Shown here: positions 47,795-57,195 of the stretch, piece after piece
Layout of the letters: the number at the start of each line of letters is the position of its first letter
Numbering within the stretch: position 1 is the first letter of the stretch
NCBI GenBank assembly: GCA_037045455.1
Contig: JBAOIN010000006.1
Coordinates: forward strand, 128,116 to 192,115
DNA from: Candidatus Nanopelagicales bacterium
GTDB lineage: Bacteria > Actinomycetota > Actinomycetes > S36-B12 > UBA10799
Direction of reading: 5' to 3'
Length of the DNA: 64,000 nt
Made by a program: the position numbers and the translations under genes
The notes under the pieces: model-generated
What the model saw: the letters and a program-made list of their open reading frames with translations, nothing else
Databases searched by the model: none
What the model was told of the DNA's origin: nothing

Positions 47795-49530
47795 CAGGCG
47801 TCCACCTCCTCACGGCTGCGGGTGTGGGTCGCCAGCACTTCCGGTTTGAGCCCCAGCCGACGGGGATCGAGACCGGTCAAGGGGTGGCCGCTGGTGAACC
47901 ACTTGTTGCGGGCCAGCAAGGTGACCGTCGGTCTGGTGAACAGGAACGCCACCATGACGTCGATCAGAGTGGTCAGACCCAGGACGAAGGCGAAACCGCG
48001 CACCGCACCCACCGACAAGTAGTACAGCGTCACTGCGGCGAGCAACGAGACGAAGTCCGCGGCCAGGATCGTGTTCCGCGCCCTCGACCACCCCAAGTCG
48101 CAGGCCGCCCGCAGGCTACGTCCTTCCCGGATCTCGTCTCGAATCCGTTCGAAGTAGACGACGAACGAGTCTGCTGTGATACCGATCGCCACGATCGCAC
48201 CGGCCACACCAGCCAAGGTGAGTGCCAGCCCCACGGTGCGCGACAGGACCACGAATACGAAGTAGGTGATGACCGCCGCGATGATCAGACTGGCCACCGC
48301 GACCAGTCCGAGCGCCCGGTAGTACGCCATCAGGTAGAGGATGACCAGCCCCAATCCGATGGCGCCGGCCAGCAGACCCACTTGCAGGTAGTCCGCACCG
48401 AGGGTCGGGGTGACGGTCTCCACACTGGCGATCTGCAGCGTCAGCGGCAGCGCGCCGAACTTGAGCACCTGCGCCAGCGCTTTGGCGTCGTCGGGGGTGA
48501 AACTACCGCTGATCTGAGCCCGGCCGTCATTGATCGCACTCTGGAAGTACGGCGAGGACACCACGAGGCCGTCAAGCACGATGCCGAACTGGTTCTTCGG
48601 CGACTGCAGCCCGACGAGTTTGTTGCTCACCTCGGACAGCGCTTGCGTGCCTTCCCCGTCGAATTCGAGGTTGACCACCCAGCCGGCGCCGCCCTGTGCC
48701 AGTCCGGCCGAGGCGTCGGAGATCGAGGTGCCTCTGATGAAGGCAGGCTGTAGCAGGTACTTGGCGGTGCCGTCCTGGTCGCAGGTAACGATCCACTTGT
48801 CGGGGTTGTCGGGCTTGCCGCCCTGCCGGTTGGCCTCGTCGGTGCAGTCGAGTTTGATCAGGGCGTCTTGCAGTACGGGGTCGTCAGCACTGTCCCCCTC
48901 GACCGGCGGCGTGATGCCGTCATCGGCCTTGGTCGCCGTGGCGCTTGGGCTGGCACTAGCGTCCGGGCTCGCGGTGGCGTCCGGGCTGGCACTCGCGTCG
49001 GGGCTGGCACTGGCCTGCGGACTCGCCGACGGGCTCGGGGTGTCGGCGAAGCTGGCATTGCCACTGGCGCCGTTCTTCTTGGACTTCTTCGTGCCGGTGC
49101 CACCGGTTGTACTGGTCTGCGAGGTGTCGATCGGACCAGGGTTCACCACGGTCTCGACCGGCCGGAAGTCCAGCAGTGCGGTCTGCGACAACTGCTCTGC
49201 AAGCTGCCGCTCGTTCACGCCGGGCACCGAGACCACGATCGCGGCATCGTTGCCGGACCCCTGGATCGCCACGTCGGCTTCTGCCACACCGAAGCCGTTG
49301 ACCCGCTGCCGGATGATCTCGACGGTTTGCTGCAACTGCTCGTCGGTGATATCCGCGGTTCCCTCCGCCTGCTTCGGCGTCAGGATGACCTGAGTCCCAC
49401 CCTGCAGGTCCAGACCCAGTTTCGGGGTATGCGCCTGTCCGGGCCACATCGCCCACACGCCCAGGCCGACCACGATGATCAGCAGGGCCAGCAGCGAACG
49501 CCAGGGCCTCGATTGTCCGGTTGCAGCCAC
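47794..49530 (-). CDS. secD: Protein translocase subunit SecD
   Basis: 578 aa: LGLDLQGGTQVIL..., plus the SecD/F membrane domain. It contains a low-complexity insert, SPSASPQASASPDASASPDATASPDASASPSATATK. Confidence 0.95.
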   Translation of the reverse strand: MAATGQSRPWRSLLALLIIVVGLGVWAMWPGQAHTPKLGLDLQGGTQVILTPKQAEGTADITDEQLQQTVEIIRQRVNGFGVAEADVAIQGSGNDAAIVVSVPGVNERQLAEQLSQTALLDFRPVETVVNPGPIDTSQTSTTGGTGTKKSKKNGASGNASFADTPSPSASPQASASPDASASPDATASPDASASPSATATKADDGITPPVEGDSADDPVLQDALIKLDCTDEANRQGGKPDNPDKWIVTCDQDGTAKYLLQPAFIRGTSISDASAGLAQGGAGWVVNLEFDGEGTQALSEVSNKLVGLQSPKNQFGIVLDGLVVSSPYFQSAINDGRAQISGSFTPDDAKALAQVLKFGALPLTLQIASVETVTPTLGADYLQVGLLAGAIGLGLVILYLMAYYRALGLVAVASLIIAAVITYFVFVVLSRTVGLALTLAGVAGAIVAIGITADSFVVYFERIRDEIREGRSLRAACDLGWSRARNTILAADFVSLLAAVTLYYLSVGAVRGFAFVLGLTTLIDVMVAFLFTRPTVTLLARNKWFTSGHPLTGLDPRRLGLKPEVLATHTRSREEVDA

Positions 49531-49802
49531 TATCCCTCGTGTCCCTCGTCGGCCATCACGGTGGCGACCGCCGCCCGTGCGTACTTCACGACCACCCCGT
49601 TGCTGATCTCGAGCCCGATGGTGTCGTCGTCCACCCAGCGCACTGTGCCGTAGATCCCGGCCGTTGTCATGACGTCAGCACCTTCGCGCACCGCCTGCTG
49701 GGCTGCCACGGATTCTCGCTGCCGCTTGCGCAGCGGCCGGATCATGGTGAACCACAGCAGGCCCAGCAAAACCAGGGGAAGCGCGAGCACGACGACGTCC
49801 AT
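49530..49802 (-). CDS. yajC: Preprotein translocase subunit YajC
   Basis: The ATG at 49802 gives MDVVVLALPLVLLGLLWFTMIRPLRKRQRE...GIYGTV. Confidence 0.9.
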   Translation of the reverse strand: MDVVVLALPLVLLGLLWFTMIRPLRKRQRESVAAQQAVREGADVMTTAGIYGTVRWVDDDTIGLEISNGVVVKYARAAVATVMADEGHEG

Positions 49803-49816
49803 CCCCCCGATGCTAC

Positions 49817-50863
49817 CTACCCTTCGGCCCACTCCTGTGGATCGGTCAGGGTGAGTTGATCCGGCGTCGGCAGCGGGCTGCGTCCCAGATGTGCGTAGGC
49901 GCGGGAGGTGGCGATGCGGCCGCGCGGGGTGCGTGCCAGGAATCCCGAGCGCAGCAGGAACGGCTCGCAGACTGTCTCCACCGTTTCGGCCTCCTCCCCG
50001 ACCGCGACGGCCAGCGTGGACAGCCCGACCGGTCCACCGCCGAAGTTGTCGACCAGTGCCAGCAGCACGGCGCGGTCGAGGCGGTCAAGGCCCGATGCGT
50101 CCACCTCGAACAGCTCGAGCGCCGCCTCGGTGGAGGGCACATCCACCCGTCCGTCGCCGTGAATCTGGGCGTAGTCCCGGACGCGGCGCAGCAGCCGGTT
50201 GGCGATGCGGGGAGTCCCACGGGAGCGGCCGGCGATGACGGTTAGCGCCTCGGGGTCGGCCTCCATCCTCATGAGGACCGCGGCTCGGGCGACGATTCGC
50301 TGCAACTCCTCCGGTTCGTAGAAGTCCATGTGTGCCGTGAAGCCGAACCGGTCGCGTAACGGGCCGGGCAGCAGACCGGACCGAGTCGTGGCACCGACCA
50401 GCGTGAACGGCGCCAGGTCTAGCGGGATCGAGGTCGCTCCCGGGCCCTTGCCGACCACGACGTCGACCCGGAAATCCTCCATGGCCATGTAGAGCATCTC
50501 TTCGGCGGGCCGCGACAGCCGATGGATTTCGTCGATGAACAGCACGTCGCCGGGCTGCAGGGCGGTCAGGATGCTCGCAAGGTCGCCGGCATGGGTGATC
50601 GCCGGACCGCTGGTCAGCCGCAATGCTTTGCCGAGTTCTGCGGCAATGATCATGGCCAGCGTGGTCTTGCCCAGTCCCGGTGGACCGCTGAGCAGGACGT
50701 GATCGGCGACATGATCGCGCTGCTTGGCGGCAGCCAGCACCAGGTCCAGCTGATCCTTCACGCGCTGTTGTCCGATGAAGTCGTGCAAAGAAGTGGGTCG
50801 AAGAGCACCCTCGACCATGCGCTCGGTTGCGTCGGCCCCGGCGGCCAGCAGCGGGTCGTTCAC
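49817..50863 (-). CDS. ruvB: Holliday junction branch migration helicase RuvB
   Basis: 348 aa: [22 protein letters not shown]. Confidence 0.97.
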   Translation of the reverse strand: MNDPLLAAGADATERMVEGALRPTSLHDFIGQQRVKDQLDLVLAAAKQRDHVADHVLLSGPPGLGKTTLAMIIAAELGKALRLTSGPAITHAGDLASILTALQPGDVLFIDEIHRLSRPAEEMLYMAMEDFRVDVVVGKGPGATSIPLDLAPFTLVGATTRSGLLPGPLRDRFGFTAHMDFYEPEELQRIVARAAVLMRMEADPEALTVIAGRSRGTPRIANRLLRRVRDYAQIHGDGRVDVPSTEAALELFEVDASGLDRLDRAVLLALVDNFGGGPVGLSTLAVAVGEEAETVETVCEPFLLRSGFLARTPRGRIATSRAYAHLGRSPLPTPDQLTLTDPQEWAEG

Positions 50864-51468
50864 GGTGCGACCGCGGGTGTGTGATCAAGGACCTGCAGTG
50901 CCAGTCGCAGGGCCTCAGGCACGCCGAGTTCGGCTGCTTCGGGACGGGCAGCGACGTCGGTGACTGCGGCCTGCGCTTCGGGCGCCGACCAACCTAGGCC
51001 AGTCAACGCGGCACTGACTTGCAGGCGCCACGACGCGGTGGCTGGCGGGGCTGCGGTCGTGCTGTTCGTCGGCCCCACCTTTTCTTTGAGGTCGACGATC
51101 AGCCGCTGCGCGGTGCGTTTGCCCAGGCCCGAAACCGAGGTCAGCGTCCGCTCGTCCTCACTGCCGATCGCCTGCCTGATCTGATCGGCGGAAAGCGCGG
51201 CCAGCATGGTCAGCGCCAGCCGGGGGCCGACGCCGGTCACCGTTTGCACAAGCCGGAAGATCTCCCGCTCGTCCGCGCTGGCGAACCCATAGAGCGTGAG
51301 GCTGTCCTCACGCACCACGAGTTCGGTGATCAGGGTGGTCTCTTGACCGAGTTCGGATACGGCCGACGTGCGCGGCGTGACGACCAGGGATAGCCCCACG
51401 CCGCCGACCTCGACGACGAGTTCATCTGTGCCGCGCTGGAGCACCCGGCCCCGGACCTGGGCGATCAT
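50860..51468 (-). CDS. ruvA: Holliday junction DNA-binding protein RuvA
   Basis: The ATG at 51468 overlaps the ruvC stop (ATGA). Motifs include [26 protein letters not shown]... and the HhH motifs [10 protein letters not shown] and [13 protein letters not shown]. Confidence 0.95.
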   Translation of the reverse strand: MIAQVRGRVLQRGTDELVVEVGGVGLSLVVTPRTSAVSELGQETTLITELVVREDSLTLYGFASADEREIFRLVQTVTGVGPRLALTMLAALSADQIRQAIGSEDERTLTSVSGLGKRTAQRLIVDLKEKVGPTNSTTAAPPATASWRLQVSAALTGLGWSAPEAQAAVTDVAARPEAAELGVPEALRLALQVLDHTPAVAP

Positions 51469-51953
51469 CCGGCCACCGGCGTCCGCGAGCGCCACAGGTG
51501 ACAGATGGCCAGTGCCAGAGCATCGGTCGCATCGGCGGTTCTGGGCAGATCGTGCAGACCGAGAATGCGCCCGACCATGAACGCGACTTGCTGCTTGTCC
51601 GCCCGCCCGGAACCGGTCACCGCCGCTTTCACCTCGGTCGGCGTGTGCTGGTGGACGGCCAGTCCGCGACGGCTGGCGGCGAGCATGCACACCGCTGCTG
51701 CTTGGGCCGTGCCGGTCGCGGTACGAACGTTCTGCTGGGTGAACACCCGCTCCACGACGAGCACGTCAGGTGCCGTGCGTTCCAGGTGGTCATCCACGGC
51801 CAGGAAGACCTCGTGCAGCCGGGTGGCGAGGTCGGTCTGTGGATCGGTCCGCACGACGTCCACGGCGACCGCACGCGCACGACCGTCATGGGTCGTCTCC
51901 ACCACGGCCACACCGCAGCGAGTCAGCCCCGGATCCACCGCCAGCACCCGCAT
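51465..51953 (-). CDS. ruvC: Crossover junction endodeoxyribonuclease RuvC
   Basis: 162 aa: [19 protein letters not shown]...; [13 protein letters not shown]. Confidence 0.95.
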   Translation of the reverse strand: MRVLAVDPGLTRCGVAVVETTHDGRARAVAVDVVRTDPQTDLATRLHEVFLAVDDHLERTAPDVLVVERVFTQQNVRTATGTAQAAAVCMLAASRRGLAVHQHTPTEVKAAVTGSGRADKQQVAFMVGRILGLHDLPRTADATDALALAICHLWRSRTPVAG

Positions 51954-52029
51954 CGACTCTCCTCGTACGTCTGTACGGTGAGCCTACCCGGTCGGGGGGA
52001 CTGCCTGCGCCCGGCGCGCCGTCTCTCTT

Positions 52030-52281
52030 GGGCGCTTTGTTGGTGGACGTTGGCCGCGCTGGTGCGGGGTTTTGTCGCGAAGTTGCCCGCGCTGTCGCGA
52101 TGTTGTCACGACACGCCGCGATTAGCGACGACAACGCAGCAAACCCGGGCGTGGGCAAGTAGTCGGCGTCACACTTGCCGCCCGTTCTGTCGCGTTGTTG
52201 GCCCGCGCTGTCGCGGTGTTGTCGCGAAACGCCGCGATCAAAGACCCCGACGACGCCACAGCGAAACCAACATCGCGACAA
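52030..52281. repeat. Cluster of GTTGTCGCG-type intergenic repeats, including a 38-bp direct repeat
   Basis: gcccgcgctgtcgcgatgttgtcacgacacgccgcgat (52085-52122) repeats as gcccgcgctgtcgcggtgttgtcgcgaaacgccgcgat (52201-52238) with 3 mismatches in 38. A degenerate third copy starts near 52052. The words tgtcgcgttgttgg, cgacgacaacgc and catcgcgacaatc also occur here. Confidence 0.8.
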
Positions 52282-54096
52282 TCAGCGGATCGTCAGCGGG
52301 TTCCCCGCCAGCACCGGCGCCCCGATCACCTCGCGGAACCCGTACCGCAGGCTACGCACAAGTTCGTCGCGATCGTCCACGGCGGCATCGTCGGTGCTGA
52401 TCCCAACGCTGGCCACACCGTTGTAGGTGAGCATCGTGACATTGATGGCCGCGCCGATCGTGCCGACCAAGGGGTACATCCGCTCGACCTTCGCCCCGGC
52501 CAGCCAGACCTGCACCGGCACGCCTGGCACATTCGACGCGGTGAGGTCGGAGGTCTGAGCGGCAGCCGAAACCAAATCGGGAGGCAGGAATCGCGACAGT
52601 TCGGCAAGGTTGTCCGCCAGTTTCAACGCGGGCTCCGCGCGCCACGCTCGCACCGTCTCGGCCGCGGTCTCCAGCACGTCGTCGATGGCGTTGCTGACCG
52701 GGATCTCAAACCGCGCGATGGTCACAGCGTTGCTCTCGGTTCCGGACGTGCGCAGGGAGATCGGCATATTCATGCGCAACTCGTCGACCGGGCGGCCCAT
52801 CTTCTCGTGGTAGCGGTGCATGCCCAGACTGATGGCCGCTAGGAATAGGTCGTTCACCGTACGGTTGCGCTGCTTGGCCGCAGCCCGATAGGTCGCGAAG
52901 TCCATGTCGATGGTGTCGAAGTGGTAGTTGATGCTGCGCTGCTGCATGATCGGCGACAGCGGCCCGAGCGGCACCCGCGTGAACCGCGCCAGCGATTCGG
53001 CCGTGCCGCGTACCCGGTTTAGCAACTCAGCGGGGTTTTTGATGGCCGCCAGCGTCAGCGGCCCGAGGCCCTTGACCACGTCTTCCGCGGTGCGGGCCAC
53101 CCACCCCACGTTGTTGCGAATGACGGCCTCGAGGAAACCGGTCGTGTCGAGCACGGCAGGCTCAGGAGCGGGCGGCATGGGGCCGAGGTCTGTGCCTTCC
53201 GGGGTGAAGTCGAACAGCGCCATACCGAGTTGCACGGCGCCCTGGCCGTCAGCGATGGCGTGGTGCAGTTTGAGGATCAGCGCGCAGCGCCCGCCGGGCA
53301 GACCCTCCAACAACGTCACCCGCCATAGCGGCCGCTCCTTGTCGAAGTCGGCCATGCTCTGGCGGCGAGCATCTTCCAGAACGTCGCTCCAGGTCGAGCC
53401 GCGCGGCATACTGAACCGGCGCATATGGAAGGACAGGTCGAAGTTGGGGTCGACCACCATGCGCGGGGTCTGAATACCGATGGGACCCTCCACGACCACT
53501 GACCGCAGGACAGGGGCCATGCGAGTAGCCCGCTCGTAACGCTGCTTCAACCGGTTCCAGTCCGGGCTGGAATCCAGCACCAGCAAGCCGATGATCGTCG
53601 AGCGCATCACCGGATCGTCCGTGGCCATCCGCCAGGTCGCGAAGTCCCAGCCCGACAACCGCTTGGCCTCTGTCACCGCTTGCTTGCCGCGCAGGGGCTT
53701 GGGTTGCTTAGGTGCTTTCTTGGTGGGGGCTTTCTTCGCCGGCGCCTTCTTGGCTGGAGTCTGCTTGGCTGGGACCTTCTGCGCGGGGACCTTCTTGGCT
53801 GGAGCCTGCTTGGTGGGAGCTCGCTTGGCCGCAGCCTTCTTCGCGGGCACCTTCTTGGCTGGGGCTTCCTTGGTGGCAGCTCGCTTGGCCGGGGCCTTCT
53901 TCGCGGGCACCTTCTTGGCTGGAGCCTGCTTGGCCGGGGCCTTCTTCGCCGGGGCTTGCTTCCCCAAGGGCTCGGCCGGGGTCTGCGTCGCAGCGCGTTT
54001 GGCTGTCGCCTGCTTGGCGGCAGAGGCTGACTTGGACACTGGGGCCTTCTTTGCCGCAGCCGTCTTCTTCGACGCGGGGGCAGAGCGCTCGGGCAC
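52282..54096 (-). CDS. Wax ester synthase / diacylglycerol acyltransferase (WS/DGAT) with an N-terminal Lys/Ala/Pro-rich extension of about 135 aa
   Basis: 604 aa. The catalytic motif is HHAIADGQG, with WS/DGAT N- and C-terminal domains. The N-terminus consists of PAKKAPAKQAPAKKVPAKK-type repeats. Confidence 0.9.
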   Translation of the reverse strand: MPERSAPASKKTAAAKKAPVSKSASAAKQATAKRAATQTPAEPLGKQAPAKKAPAKQAPAKKVPAKKAPAKRAATKEAPAKKVPAKKAAAKRAPTKQAPAKKVPAQKVPAKQTPAKKAPAKKAPTKKAPKQPKPLRGKQAVTEAKRLSGWDFATWRMATDDPVMRSTIIGLLVLDSSPDWNRLKQRYERATRMAPVLRSVVVEGPIGIQTPRMVVDPNFDLSFHMRRFSMPRGSTWSDVLEDARRQSMADFDKERPLWRVTLLEGLPGGRCALILKLHHAIADGQGAVQLGMALFDFTPEGTDLGPMPPAPEPAVLDTTGFLEAVIRNNVGWVARTAEDVVKGLGPLTLAAIKNPAELLNRVRGTAESLARFTRVPLGPLSPIMQQRSINYHFDTIDMDFATYRAAAKQRNRTVNDLFLAAISLGMHRYHEKMGRPVDELRMNMPISLRTSGTESNAVTIARFEIPVSNAIDDVLETAAETVRAWRAEPALKLADNLAELSRFLPPDLVSAAAQTSDLTASNVPGVPVQVWLAGAKVERMYPLVGTIGAAINVTMLTYNGVASVGISTDDAAVDDRDELVRSLRYGFREVIGAPVLAGNPLTIR

Positions 54097-54158
54097 GGGT
54101 CCTCCTCGGGTTAGGGTCCACGCTATCCCGGCACGCCGCGGGACGACACATCACCGAC

Positions 54159-54236
54159 ATCCGTTAGAGAGTCCACCATCCGTTAGACGGAATTGTCCGT
54201 TTTGCCCTCTAACGGATGGGCGAAGGTCTAACGGAT
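54159..54236. promoter_or_regulatory. Four-site operator-like array of the 10-mer ATCCGTTAGA upstream of the WS/DGAT gene
   Basis: ATCCGTTAGA occurs at 54159-54168 and 54178-54187. Its reverse complement TCTAACGGAT occurs at 54208-54217 and 54227-54236. All four 10-mers are identical, and the 9-nt spacers are unrelated. The array lies 63-140 nt upstream of the start codon at 54096. Confidence 0.55.
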
Positions 54237-54241
54237 CCGGG

Positions 54242-54995
54242 CTAGGCGTCGACCTGCGCCATGACCTCGTCGGACACGTCGAAGTTCGCATAGACGTTCT
54301 GCACGTCGTCGCTGTCCTCCAGGGCCTCCAACAGCCGGAAGACCTTGGCGGCGGCGTCGGCCTCCAAGGGAACAGTCACACTGGGCACGAACTGCACCTC
54401 GGCGGAGTCGTAGTCCAGGCCAGCGTCCTGCAATGCCGTCCGCACCGCGACGACGTCAGTCGGTTCGCTGATCACCTCGAACGTGCCATCGAGGTCGTTG
54501 ACCTCTTCGGCGCCGGCGTCCAGCACGGCCGCGAGCACGTCATCCTCGGTCAAACCAGCAGCGGGAACTAGCACGACGCCCTTGCGCGTGAACAAGTACG
54601 ACACCGAGCCGGGATCCGCCATCGAACCGCCGTTGCGGCTCATCGCCACCCGCACCTCGCCGGCGGCCCGGTTGCGGTTGTCGGTCAGGCACTCGACGAG
54701 CACAGCCACACCATTGGGGCCGTAGCCCTCGTACATGATCGTCTGCCAGTCTGAACCGCCGGACTCCGCGCCGGAGCCGCGCTTGACGGCGCGGTCGATG
54801 TTGTCCAGCGGGACCGAGTTCTTCCGCGCCTTCTGGATGGCGTCGTAGAGGGTCGGGTTGCCGTCCGGGTCTCCGCCACCGGTACGCGCTGCCACCTCGA
54901 TGTTCTTGATCAGCTTGGCGAACAGCTTGCCCGCGCTTGGCGTCGATCGCCGCCTTCTTGTGCTTGGTCGTCGCCCACTTGGAATGGCCGCTCAT
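54242..54995 (-). pseudogene. yebC: YebC/PmpR family transcriptional regulator, with one +1 frame disruption as assembled
   Basis: [22 protein letters not shown] starts at the ATG at 54995, preceded by GGAGGAG. The rest continues in the next frame as [36 protein letters not shown]... (ORF 54242-54895). The junction is at the CCC run 54930-54932. The span is 754 nt (3n+1). Confidence 0.9.
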
Positions 54996-55598
54996 GTCTC
55001 CTCCTGCACGATGTCCACCAGCAGCCGGTGGAACCGCCGGTCGTCGGTCACCTCGGGATGGAACGAGGTCGCCAGCAGCACGGCCCTGCCGCACCGCGAC
55101 GATTCTATCCGTGCCGTCCTCGGCCCCCACCCGGGCAAGGACCTCGACCTCCGGGCCCACCCGTTCCACCCAAGGCGCCCGAATGAAGACTGCCGGAACC
55201 GCCGGACCGGGCAGCGCCGGAACCTCGACCGCGGCTTCGAACGAGTCCACCTGCCGGCCGAACGCGTTGCGGCGCACCGTCATGTCGATGGCACCGAGGC
55301 TGTACTGGTCGGGCCGGCCATCCAGTACCTGGTCGGCCAGCAGGATCATGCCGGCGCAGGTCCCGAAGATCGGCATCCCCTGCGCGATCCGCTCTTCCAG
55401 CGGCTCGGTCAGATCATTACGCCCGATGAGCATGCCGATCGTCGTGGACTCGCCACCCGGGATGATCAGTGCCTGAACTGCAGCGAGGTCTTCGGTGGTG
55501 CGCACGGCGGCGGCCTGCGCGTCCACCTCGCGCACGGCCGCGATGTGCTCGCGGAAGTCGCCCTGCAGCGCCAGCACCCCGATCCGGGGCGTCACCAC
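54992..55598 (-). pseudogene. pdxT: Pyridoxal 5'-phosphate synthase glutaminase subunit PdxT, with one +1 frame disruption as assembled
   Basis: The N-terminal part is [19 protein letters not shown]...[10 protein letters not shown]...VAVRQG. The C-terminus [29 protein letters not shown] is in the next frame. The junction lies at about 55081-55086. The span is 607 nt (3n+1). Confidence 0.9.
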
Positions 55599-56488
55599 CC
55601 GCGTTCGGCGAGACGGTGGGGTTCGGGAATGTCCTCAACGTTGATGCCGACCATAGCCTCACCCAGACCGCGGGAGACCTTGGCCAGGATCTCCGGGTCG
55701 TCGAAGTGGGTCGTGGCCTGCACGATCGCGGCGGCCCGCTCGGCCGGGTTGCCGGACTTGAAGATGCCGCTGCCGACGAACACGCCGTCCGCGCCGAGTT
55801 GCATCATCATCGCGGCGTCGGCCGGGGTTGCGATGCCGCCGGCCGTGAACATGACAACGGGCAGCGTGCCGGCGCGGGCGATCTCCGCCACGAGTTCGTA
55901 TGGCGCCTGGAGTTCCTTGGCCGCGACGAACAACTCGTCCTGCGGGAGGCTGGTGAGCCGCTTGATCTCACCGCGGATGGTGCGCATGTGAGTGGTGGCG
56001 TTTGAGACGTCACCAGTCCCGGCCTCGCCCTTGCTGCGGATCATGGCCGCGCCCTCGGTGATCCTGCGCAGCGCCTCACCCAGGTTGGTGGCACCACAGA
56101 CGAAGGGGACGGTGAACGCCCACTTGTCGATGTGATTGGCGTAGTCGGCGGGCGTCAGCACCTCGGACTCGTCGATGTAGTCCACGCCGAGGCTCTGCAG
56201 GATCTGCGCCTCGACGAAGTGGCCGATGCGGGCCTTGGCCATGACCGGAATCGAAACCGCCTCGATGATCCCGTCGATCAGATCGGGGTCGCTCATGCGA
56301 GCCACGCCACCCTGCGCGCGGATGTCCGCGGGAACCCGCTCAAGCGCCATCACGGCGACCGCTCCGGCGTCCTCGGCGATCTTCGCCTGGTCCGGGGTCA
56401 CCACGTCCATGATCACCCCGCCCTTGAGCATCTCGGCCATTCCGCGCTTGACGCGGGCGGAGCCGGTCACATGTGTGGGGTCAGTCAT
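55592..56488 (-). CDS. pdxS: Pyridoxal 5'-phosphate synthase lyase subunit PdxS
   Basis: 298 aa: [15 protein letters not shown]...[13 protein letters not shown]... Confidence 0.97.
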   Translation of the reverse strand: MTDPTHVTGSARVKRGMAEMLKGGVIMDVVTPDQAKIAEDAGAVAVMALERVPADIRAQGGVARMSDPDLIDGIIEAVSIPVMAKARIGHFVEAQILQSLGVDYIDESEVLTPADYANHIDKWAFTVPFVCGATNLGEALRRITEGAAMIRSKGEAGTGDVSNATTHMRTIRGEIKRLTSLPQDELFVAAKELQAPYELVAEIARAGTLPVVMFTAGGIATPADAAMMMQLGADGVFVGSGIFKSGNPAERAAAIVQATTHFDDPEILAKVSRGLGEAMVGINVEDIPEPHRLAERGW

Positions 56489-56634
56489 TTGTGGTTCCTT
56501 TCAGGTCCTTCCTCAATGGTAGGTGAACCTCACCTGCGGCCAAAACGCCGTCCGGCCCCTCACCATTCTCGACAATGTTGCTCAGCGACCGCGTTCGGTT
56601 CCGCCGGCAACAATGCGGGAATTCGGCCGACAAC

Positions 56635-57195
56635 TCAGCGGCTGCGCAACGCCGGCGGCACCTCGTCGTCCAGCTCCACCGTGCGCGGCAGCGGCGCGGA
56701 GCCGGCCAGCCGGAACAACCGCACCACCCGTTGCTTGCGCACCGCCAGGCAGGACCGCACCGCGTCGTTGTGGAAGCGCCGCGACCACGCAGCCTTCTGC
56801 ACGACCGCCGACAGTTCGGTCATCGTTTGGGCGCCACCCGGCTGCGACTGCAACTCCTCCACCACCTGCGGGTCGGACAGGGCGGCATCCAGCGCCTTGG
56901 TCAAGGCGCTCTCCGCGGCGCAGCGCGACAGATCGAACGCCGCCCCCGTGGAACGGCCGGCAGCCAGGGCGCCATCGGCGGCATCGGCCAGGACCAAGGA
57001 GGTAGCCGGGTCCAAGCGGCCTGAGCTGGCCAGACCGAGCACCTCGTTGGCACGGTCCATGCACTGGGCCTGCAGGGCGGTGCGAGAGGTGTCAACCCGG
57101 TGGTGCAACCGGTCGAGGCGGGCGGCGGTCTGCGACAGGTAAAGCACCGACAGGCCGATGAGGACCACGACTCCGACCAGGCCCCAGACGTCCAT
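56635..57195 (-). CDS. Hypothetical membrane-anchored protein
   Basis: 186 aa with an N-terminal TM helix (VWGLVGVVVLIGLSVLYL). Its ATG overlaps the pimA stop. I recognised no family. Confidence 0.55.
   Translation of the reverse strand: MDVWGLVGVVVLIGLSVLYLSQTAARLDRLHHRVDTSRTALQAQCMDRANEVLGLASSGRLDPATSLVLADAADGALAAGRSTGAAFDLSRCAAESALTKALDAALSDPQVVEELQSQPGGAQTMTELSAVVQKAAWSRRFHNDAVRSCLAVRKQRVVRLFRLAGSAPLPRTVELDDEVPPALRSR

Noticed and set aside
54540-55598. 352-aa ORF joining PdxT to YebC
   Set aside because: Only the first roughly 170 aa (PdxT) and a 22-aa stretch ([22 protein letters not shown], the YebC start) are real. The rest is out-of-frame Arg/Gly/Pro-rich read-through caused by two +1 disruptions.
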